Shown here: positions 1-7,245 of the stretch, in pieces | Position numbering within the stretch: the stretch's first letter is position 1 | Layout of the letters: each line of letters begins with the position of its first letter | NCBI GenBank assembly: GCA_013115145.1 | Contig: JAAPAO010000281.1 | Coordinates: 1-43,686, forward strand | DNA: 43,686 bases | Origin: Perkinsus chesapeaki ATCC PRA-425 | Taxonomy: Eukaryota; Protista; Perkinsozoa | Reading direction: 5' to 3' | Notes under the pieces: model-generated | Databases searched by the model: none | What the model was told of the DNA's origin: nothing | What the model saw: the letters and a program-made list of their open reading frames with translations, nothing else | Made by a program: the position numbers and the translations under genes

Positions 1-368
1 AGGCTGGTCATAGAATCCTTCAAGTAGCGTTTGGTAGCGGGTTCAAGTGTAACTCGATGGTTTGGCTTTGCCTCCGTAACTAGTATTATACGAGACATCT
101 CGTAACTAGTTTCTCGAGGCTTTTGACTTTTCTCCTTTTTCTTTTTGCATCCATGTGTGATGGTTAAATCGTTTGTCGCCACACTGTTGTGAGGGACGCA
201 CGCTAAATCACTCACATACTTGACATTTCTCCTCATATTAAGCAAGAGTGGCGTTGGGCATAGTTGTTACGTATTTCTGGGTGCGTCTATTGATAGGCAA
301 GATACTGTACATCGCAGTGTCTAGGGCTAAACGAGTTTAACGAGGTGTCATGAGATAGCGCTTGATAG

Positions 369-390
369 AACACGACTCGTGTTACACGAG
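369..390. other. Inverted-triplication scar (T=AACACGAG), perfect
   Basis: aacacga-ctcgtgtt-acacgag. Confidence 0.9.
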
Positions 391-412
391 AATTAGTCGC
401 GAGCATGACGCA

Positions 413-434
413 TGTTGACAGTCAACAGTTGACT
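413..434. other. Inverted-triplication scar (T=TGTTGACT), perfect
   Basis: tgttgac-agtcaaca-gttgact. Confidence 0.9.
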
Positions 435-836
435 GCGTACCCTGCTTCCATTGGAAGTGTTTTGCCATACCGAGAAATAGGTATTTATTTGGCTTTAATT
501 CACGACGCTCGGCTTCGGAGCGCTGTAGCCCACTGGATTCAGCGTTTAGACTGGATGTTACAGAGTGCGACATCCGTGAGGATTGTTAGATCCTCCAGCA
601 CAGCCTCGTAACTTTCGTGACAGTGTCAACACTCGTCCATGAATGATTTGTCGTGATATGGCCGAAAGTAGTCACAGTAGTTTCCTCACAGTTGAAACTC
701 AAATACAACAGATGCAGGAGTATGTATACTGCGGCGCAAAGGCCTTAACTAGATTAATGGATAGCTGCGTTAGGGAACGCATCGGTACAACAAAGGAGTA
801 TACACCACAAAGTCTACCCCTTTATGTCATTCCCAT

Positions 837-1265
837 TCAATAGCATGTCCCGTTCAATAAGAGGGTCCTCTCACTGCCGCCAAACGTCAACTTCAATTCT
901 TCGTTGTTTTTCTGGGATGTCAATTCTTTCGTATCATTATCACCCACGGTATAGTGATCACGACAGGCTGACTTCATATGTCGAACGAAATCATTGTATT
1001 CACCCTCGGAGCTGGGATCAACAACGTATGAATTGATCTTAGACTCGTCCATATTGAACGGGGACATGCTTGAAACCGAATTGAAGAAGCATTTAACTCG
1101 ATATTCCACAGTCAGAGAAGTTACATCTCCACCGCATTCCACTTCTAAGCAGGTAAACGGCTCTATCAGAACAGCGTAGTGGCCTTTAGGAGTTGGTGGG
1201 AGTCCTCCAACATATAGCGTCATACTGCAGTAGCAGAGAACGGTGAAGACGGAAGTAGTCACCAT
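837..1265 (-). CDS. 142-aa predicted secreted protein, paralog of 9536-9964
   Basis: Single-exon ORF with a hydrophobic N-terminus. Aligns almost ungapped to 9536-9964 (PPTP.G.YA, five mature Cys, NS.VVDP.SE, TVGDND, F.GSER). Confidence 0.85.
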   Translation of the reverse strand: MVTTSVFTVLCYCSMTLYVGGLPPTPKGHYAVLIEPFTCLEVECGGDVTSLTVEYRVKCFFNSVSSMSPFNMDESKINSYVVDPSSEGEYNDFVRHMKSACRDHYTVGDNDTKELTSQKNNEELKLTFGGSERTLLLNGTCY

Positions 1266-1589
1266 GAGCGGAGATAAACTAAGCCTGAGGATACTTTGTT
1301 AAATTGCAATGAAGCCCGACATGAAAGATTTGGACACCTCTTTAGCCTTATCCCGGAGCACGCGTGCACCTGCAATTGTAGGGTAACAAACCAAAGTCCC
1401 AAGGGGTTGGGTAATGGAGAAAATAAAAACCTAGTAATTAGGGAGTGATTTAAGCTGTAGCTTATCCTACATCACTCATAGCTAGGAATATGCGTGCATA
1501 GACAGAATGCAGGAGAGGGAGCACTGTATACAAGGTGACACGATAGGGCTATAGTGGCTCCGCACAATGGCTCCATGGTGCCTTGTCTA

Positions 1590-1611
1590 CACGTGAGTCA
1601 CGTGACGTGAC
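1590..1611. other. Inverted-triplication scar (T=CACGTGAC), perfect
   Basis: cacgtga-gtcacgtg-acgtgac. Confidence 0.88.
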
Positions 1612-1841
1612 GTAGCGCTCTACATTCTAGACTAATGCGACTTGCTCCACACAATTCACATACAGCGGGACAGACTGGAATAATTGTGCTAAAAGAGTCT
1701 CACTTTGATTAGGACTCAAAGAAAAGATTTTGGCGGAATCATGACGTACGACAGTTGGCCCCATACTGATGTGAGCACGATAAGTTAGTGAAGCCTAGGA
1801 ATTCCAGGACTCACTCTACAATTGAACCCACTTTTCCACGA

Positions 1842-1863
1842 GACCGGCCGCCGGTTACCGGCG
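1842..1863. other. Inverted-triplication scar (T=GACCGGCG), 1 mismatch
   Basis: gaccggc-cgccggtt-accggcg (predicted middle cgccggtc). Confidence 0.8.
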
Positions 1864-1956
1864 GTCACCATTTAACTGTGACACCTGAGCAATTACAGCT
1901 GAGATATTATATGCGACCCAATCGGAGGTATTCGTATTAGGCACACTCCTCACATG

Positions 1957-1978
1957 GCGCTATCATAGCGGCGCAATG
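1957..1978. other. Inverted-triplication scar (T=GCGCTATG), 2 mismatches
   Basis: gcgctat-catagcgg-cgcaatg (predicted gcgctat-catagcgc-cgctatg). Confidence 0.65.
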
Positions 1979-2013
1979 TTATTCGGTAAGGTAGTAGAAG
2001 TAAATGGCCTGAC

Positions 2014-2035
2014 ACCGATATTATCGGTCCGATAA
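2014..2035. other. Inverted-triplication scar (T=ACCGATAA), perfect
   Basis: accgata-ttatcggt-ccgataa. Confidence 0.9.
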
Positions 2036-2500
2036 CCTACGCTTAGCCGCCGTGCGAATCGCTTAAAGGAAGCAAGTAGTAGATTAACAAACACTGATCT
2101 TTACAACAAAGATGGATAGAACATAGAGTAGCACTAGCTCTTCTCCGAGCGCTCAAGTGGCTACGGTAAAAGGCAAGATTGAATGCTCAAAGTTCTTGAG
2201 ACGAAGTTTCTGGTGTCGCAATTGTGTTTTGGCAGTTGTACCCACTCTACTGGATTGCGTCTGTGTCTTCCGCTGGAAGGAGTAAAATCTCTTGACATCT
2301 GGCTGCATTCTTATCCAGTGACGCTTACAGTGAAGGTATTCCACCATCTCGGGAGTTGCACATAGAATGGGTAGTTCAAGCAATCTTCGGGGTTGGGCTA
2401 TAAACTCTCACCCACGCGATGGTGCTTTCAGCGGCCAACAATGTGATCAATAACCCTATCTTGTAGCCGCGTCTATATTGCAGACATTCACATACGTTTT

Positions 2501-2533
2501 ACAGGATCCCCTCACCTGGTGAGGGGATCCTGT
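2501..2533. repeat. Perfect 16-bp-arm palindrome with a 1-nt centre
   Basis: ACAGGATCCCCTCACC-T-GGTGAGGGGATCCTGT. Confidence 0.9.
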
Positions 2534-2809
2534 CCGCCTCGGGTTTCCGAAACACCACATAGATCGATGATTGCTCAGCGGCCGTTGTTTTACACTCCGT
2601 GTAGAATACTAGTACACAGACTCTGCAGTACGGAGGCAATGTGGACCTACTCTTCGGGCATTTGTCCCACCCACAGCGTCGGCAGGGTACCCCAGATTCA
2701 CTTTGTGTGTCAACCAACAGTTTGTGGCTTACCAAGGTCGCAGGGATCTACTGACACCACCCGTATTTACCTCGCTCCCCTTCACAGGGATAGAAGACTT
2801 CTGCCCCCT

Positions 2810-2974
2810 AATGGGGAAACTTTAACACGACGCCAGTTGGCGCAAAGTACAACTAAGAACACTAACATGCTTATAACAACAAGTCTCTAGCGACGATCAC
2901 TCCTGGGGAAATCCCAAGCGCTCGAACATTTAGTCCTGCGCCCGCCTGGGAAATCGATACAATTTGAGCAATCA
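2810..2974 (-). repeat. 3' LTR (165 bp)
   Basis: Base-for-base identical by eye to 9276-9440. Minus strand starts TGATTG and ends CCCCATT. Preceded by the PPT. Confidence 0.93.
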
Positions 2975-2984
2975 CGCCCCCCTC
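2975..2984 (-). other. Polypurine tract (PPT)
   Basis: Minus-strand GAGGGGGGCG immediately 5' of the 3' LTR. Confidence 0.75.
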
Positions 2985-2992
2985 GGCGGCAC

Positions 2993-5539
2993 CTAGTGCC
3001 GTCCGACCGAGTCGCCTAGCTCCCATTGTTCACCATCCAACCACAGCCGTTCGTCCGGAGATCCATCCCTCCAACGAACTTGGACATGACCGCTCTTAAA
3101 CTCTCGAATAACATCAGCTTCATACCAATGTAGTCCTCTTTCCCCCCGCACCCTTAACTTGACTTTGATAGGCATCCCAATTCGGTTCGGAGAGCTCTGT
3201 ATATCGCGGGTGCAATCCAACATAGGGTCGTCGCTTTCGTCCAAGTCCAAACAATCTTGCTCCATATCACGAGTCACCGGAAGCAAATTGTAGATATTCT
3301 CTCGGGTCACTCTTTGTTGTTTACCAGGAAATATAATATCCACGGTATGGTCTCCGCGAATAGCGATGACATGGCCAACGCGCCAGTCAAACCCTAACTT
3401 CCGATTGACAGGAGCATAGACCAACGCTGCAGAACCAATCTCAAAGCTGAAAGCAGTCTTACCCTTTGGACACTTATGCCTAACGGACTCCAGGGCTCGC
3501 TCCTTTAATATTATCCAGTGGTAGTCTACAAATTCTCTGCGCATAATCAGAGCATCGCGGCCGGGGCGTATCGGGTCAGCAGATTTAGCATACCCAAAAG
3601 CTGTCGTGCTGGCCCTTGTATACCCCCAACATAATGAATCAGGAGTAACGATACGCCGCTGGCCCTCGGCATCATGGTAGTAGGACAGAGTCGGACGAGT
3701 GTTGAGCAAGAGACAAACTTCGAGAAGAAGCAAGTCAAGGTCATCATCCGTAAGGTCGGCTACTTTCCCGCAATGTCCGCGGAGCATCACTCGCAGTTTA
3801 CGCCCTCCGAGATCGTGCACCTTCTCATATCGTCCTCCTTCAAAAGGCGAACGTACACTCAAAGGCTCAACTTGAGCTCCGAGAGACTCGTCACAAAGGG
3901 CGCTGAATCTCTGAGTAGAAAAGTAAGAAGCTGCATCGACCACTAATTCCTTCAAGCCACCCATCTCCAACTGGACCTTCCTCAAGGTCATCATGACAGT
4001 AGAAAGGTCTTCGCGTGGCGCTCGTTTCCAACATGTATGACCAGTAACCAAACACGTCACACTGATGACCTTCCGCCCTTCGCCCAATGCATAATAGTCG
4101 ACCCCACAACGATAGTAAGGAGGGTAGAATTTCAATCTTTCCACATGCCCCTTACCCAGGCTAGGCGGGGTAACCCACACTCGGCGAGCACGTGCTAGCT
4201 GGCACGTGAGACACGTCTGTATAAGCCTCTTCGCGACTTGTTCGGCGCCCTTCATGTGGAAGTCGCATATCGCAGAGCAGGTGCCAGGAATAGCACTATG
4301 CCTTGTCTCTCGATGGGCTGTTCTCACCACCAGACTTCTCACATCTTTGGCCGACTTCGGGAGTATAGGTAAGAAGCTCACTCGACCAGAGGCGTGTCCG
4401 GTTCGATACGCCAAATAACTCGCAGTGGTACCATCAACCTCCAGTCTAAATAAGGGACCGCAAGGCCGTAAGTTAGACGTGTCATCCGCGTCGACTTCTG
4501 ACGAATACTTCTCATCATACAACTGAGCGCTCCGACAAACAAGCTTATCCATTGCCGCTGGGTCATAACGTCTCAGTTGTACTGGCTTCTTAGTAGCATT
4601 AGCTCGGAGTATATCAAGAACACAGCAAGCACCCCAGACCACCCGCCGGAGCGAAGACAAATCGTAGCATACCTTCGCTCCCCGTTCAACCAAAGGCTGC
4701 AACTCGCAGGACCTGGATGGAGGTGCAATTCGAAACAACGAATCTGTTTCTATCCCAATGAAAGACACCACATCATAAGCTGAAGCGCCATTCTCGATGG
4801 CCGATAGGGCCAGCCGGACTGCGGGTTCCGTGGCTGCTGCAACTTCGACCGTAGTATCTGCTGCTTCGGCTAATGCTCTCACGTTGTCATCCTCTTGGAG
4901 AATGACGTCTTGCTCTCCTGCCGGCTCCCACTCAGACACTAGGGGGTCGTCTTGGAGAGCACTCGTCACACGCGGCCATCCTTGACCTCTCCGATAACTT
5001 GGATCTCTCGCATAAATCTCATTCTCCCCGCCCCCCTTGCTGAGACACTCAGCCAAAGTGAGACGTGTTCCAGGGACTTTGCGGTCAAACACACGAGAAA
5101 GGGAGTCGGCGGTCTCGTTGGAAGAACCCTGGACGTGACGGATGTCGACTTTCGCCAGTCGTCGTATGGCCAGGAGCTCTTCGTGCAAGGCTCCTACAAG
5201 CCGACTCAAAGAGCGTCTTTCGACGCCACGCGAGTTACCTAAAATCTCGGCACTGTCGACGTTACCAGACCAGCTAACACACGCTGCATTATCGCAGTAT
5301 AACTGTATCTCCACAGCCTCACAGGTCGCGTCAATCGCAACATCATTTCTGTACTTCAGAAAATCATAAAGATCTTGAAGCAGACGAAGCAAACACACTA
5401 CCTCTCGCCGGTTGCTATGCCACTTCAATTCACCAGCTTTGAAACGAAAACTCTCGGCGAATAGCGGATATGAGGATGTCGAATCGACTCTGTAGACCAC
5501 GTATCCTCCACCGCTCAAGCTAGCATCACTATATGGCAT
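2993..5539 (-). CDS. Retrotransposon RNase H + integrase + C-terminal SH3/Tudor-like segment
   Basis: RNase H motifs YSDAS, YCDN and NETADSLSR. Integrase HHCC (HRETRH...CLTC) and DDE (GVDYY, VVDAASYF, GGRYE; D-36-E). Also LNTRP and TPDSL motifs. Confidence 0.93.
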   Translation of the reverse strand: MPYSDASLSGGGYVVYRVDSTSSYPLFAESFRFKAGELKWHSNRREVVCLLRLLQDLYDFLKYRNDVAIDATCEAVEIQLYCDNAACVSWSGNVDSAEILGNSRGVERRSLSRLVGALHEELLAIRRLAKVDIRHVQGSSNETADSLSRVFDRKVPGTRLTLAECLSKGGGENEIYARDPSYRRGQGWPRVTSALQDDPLVSEWEPAGEQDVILQEDDNVRALAEAADTTVEVAAATEPAVRLALSAIENGASAYDVVSFIGIETDSLFRIAPPSRSCELQPLVERGAKVCYDLSSLRRVVWGACCVLDILRANATKKPVQLRRYDPAAMDKLVCRSAQLYDEKYSSEVDADDTSNLRPCGPLFRLEVDGTTASYLAYRTGHASGRVSFLPILPKSAKDVRSLVVRTAHRETRHSAIPGTCSAICDFHMKGAEQVAKRLIQTCLTCQLARARRVWVTPPSLGKGHVERLKFYPPYYRCGVDYYALGEGRKVISVTCLVTGHTCWKRAPREDLSTVMMTLRKVQLEMGGLKELVVDAASYFSTQRFSALCDESLGAQVEPLSVRSPFEGGRYEKVHDLGGRKLRVMLRGHCGKVADLTDDDLDLLLLEVCLLLNTRPTLSYYHDAEGQRRIVTPDSLCWGYTRASTTAFGYAKSADPIRPGRDALIMRREFVDYHWIILKERALESVRHKCPKGKTAFSFEIGSAALVYAPVNRKLGFDWRVGHVIAIRGDHTVDIIFPGKQQRVTRENIYNLLPVTRDMEQDCLDLDESDDPMLDCTRDIQSSPNRIGMPIKVKLRVRGERGLHWYEADVIREFKSGHVQVRWRDGSPDERLWLDGEQWELGDSVGRH

Positions 5540-7245
5540 ATAGTATATGCGCTCAGCTTCAGCGTCGAATTACCCGCCGAAAGATCTCGGACTAACGATC
5601 GGTGGTCACATACTTCGACCAACAACTCGGCCATCCACTCGATCAAGCAGAGGTATGCACATTGTAATTCATGGTTTAAAGTCTGTATGTGGATTTCGAC
5701 CAACCAATCGATCTTCGCAAACTGACGACCAACCAATGACCGCAGAGAGTCAGCGCATGCTCTTGCTAGGACATGTTGACGCGCGGGATCAAAGGCTAAG
5801 CATCCAGCCGCCTGGAAGACCTGACGCTTTGAGGTAAGAGAACTGCTGCGGGTATGCTCAACGAAGTCCCTCACAACCAGCATACGTTTCTCACGCTTGC
5901 AAACCATTACCATATAGAGGCCCTCGTATCTCACCATCATACCAAGCAGCGAACCTTCCTTTGCCAAATCCGGTGGACTACCGGAGAACTCGGTGGCCAA
6001 GGCTCGGTGGACGTCTTCCTTCACCGCGTCGCAGCTTAACACATGCACTTTCGCGACCTGCGCATCGAAGCCGGCCAACTCCATCACACCCAAGGTTATA
6101 CGAAACCTGTGGAGGACCTGACGTACTTCCCCGCTGAGAGCAACGTCGTCAACAAAAATAATAAGTATGGCAAACCCTCCTGGAATGGGGACAATACGAA
6201 CCTGGCAACCACAGGACCGAGCCAGGTCTATCAACCGACCAAGATTGGCCGATAGGCCGCTAGGACCAACAACTATACCAAAGACTAGACGAGAACTCTG
6301 GAAGGTTCCAATACCCGTATCAAGGGTTAAAACATACGGTTCACCATTGGAATCAACTAGTCTCACCTTGTAGAAGGCGGCTCGGGCATCGCCTATCACA
6401 GTCAACCTCCCCCCGAGCGCTCGCATAGCAACAATTGGCAGCCATAAACTCGGTGGGTTGGAAGACGCTTTAGGAAGCCTCTCAATTATATCTCGCATGT
6501 CTACCACTAACCTTGGTTTACGGGATCCTCCGGGAAGCAAAAAAACTTGCGCTCCAGGTAGTTCATCCTGTTTGTGTAACCTGTCAGTAGTCTTGGGTTC
6601 CCAAAACTTGGAATCCACGTAAGCTTCAACCAGATCACGGTAGACGCTCTTCAACTTGGGAGTCAGACGTTCATGCAAACGCACTGCATAGGACCTACAA
6701 CGTATCTGACTCGGATTTTCCACTTTAGGCACCATAACTTCACAGATAAATCGTTGGTTAGGTAGATCGAGACGATCAGAGACTCGCGCAGCGCGGACAC
6801 GGGCCTGGTACATGCCACATGTGCTCGGGACCGTCACCCACGATTCAGGCACTAACTCGGATAATAAGTCGTGGATGAAGGCCTTCTCGTCCTCACTAAA
6901 CTTTGGACAACAGGTCTGTAGTGGGGCAGTGCGGCCGGCGAGCAAAGTATCGTGGGGTCGTTGAGTCCCATCTACGACCACCGCGACAGACTCAGTCAAG
7001 ATCTGTTGTACCGGAACAGGAGCTCGGTATATGCAACGGCTCCATCCCGGTCCAGCATAAGCTTCCAAAGAACTTACAATGAGAATTCCCCAATCCGCGA
7101 TGAGTGATCTTCCAGCCAGGATCGACAAATGTGGGCTAGTCGAGTTCGTTGGATTAGGGAGAATCCTTAACCGAGTTAAGTTAACTCGGTTGAAACACAT
7201 AACACACGCTTCAAGTCTACATCCAAGAGACTCAAAGAACAGCAT
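5515..7245 (-). CDS. Retrotransposon reverse transcriptase segment
   Basis: Motifs PRLVVD, IGDARAAFYKVRL, RLVFGIVVGPSGL and FVDD (YxDD equivalent). The frame is open from 7266. Confidence 0.92.
   Translation of the reverse strand: MLFFESLGCRLEACVMCFNRVNLTRLRILPNPTNSTSPHLSILAGRSLIADWGILIVSSLEAYAGPGWSRCIYRAPVPVQQILTESVAVVVDGTQRPHDTLLAGRTAPLQTCCPKFSEDEKAFIHDLLSELVPESWVTVPSTCGMYQARVRAARVSDRLDLPNQRFICEVMVPKVENPSQIRCRSYAVRLHERLTPKLKSVYRDLVEAYVDSKFWEPKTTDRLHKQDELPGAQVFLLPGGSRKPRLVVDMRDIIERLPKASSNPPSLWLPIVAMRALGGRLTVIGDARAAFYKVRLVDSNGEPYVLTLDTGIGTFQSSRLVFGIVVGPSGLSANLGRLIDLARSCGCQVRIVPIPGGFAILIIFVDDVALSGEVRQVLHRFRITLGVMELAGFDAQVAKVHVLSCDAVKEDVHRALATEFSGSPPDLAKEGSLLGMMVRYEGLYMVMVCKREKRMLVVRDFVEHTRSSSLTSKRQVFQAAGCLAFDPARQHVLARACADSLRSLVGRQFAKIDWLVEIHIQTLNHELQCAYLCLIEWMAELLVEVCDHRSLVRDLSAGNSTLKLSAYTICHIVMLA
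5529..5550. other. Inverted-triplication scar (T=CTATATGC), perfect; frameshifts RT/RNase H
   Basis: ctatatg-gcatatag-tatatgc. Collapsing it to T restores KLSAY-SDAS on the minus strand. Confidence 0.92.
7166..7187. other. Inverted-triplication scar (T=CTTAACTC), 1 mismatch; frameshifts PR/RT
   Basis: cttaacc-gagttaag-ttaactc. Removing 14 bp restores VSTEL-RILPN on the minus strand. Confidence 0.88.

Noticed and set aside
2147-2168. Minus-strand ACCGTAGCCACTTGAGCGCTC resembles the Perkinsus/dinoflagellate spliced leader (possible SL relic)
   Set aside because: Only the first 10 nt match exactly (about 0.08 expected by chance over both strands). The rest needs indels and it is not adjacent to a start codon.
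2153-2808. Short ORFs (2153-2383, 2499-2735, 2519-2890) as genes
   Set aside because: No recognisable motifs and interrupted by a palindromic insertion. They are probably decayed repeat sequence.
369-7187. hAT-like nTnnnnAn target preference among the eight scar 8-mers
   Set aside because: Only 5 of 16 diagnostic positions match against about 4 expected, so there is no detectable consensus.
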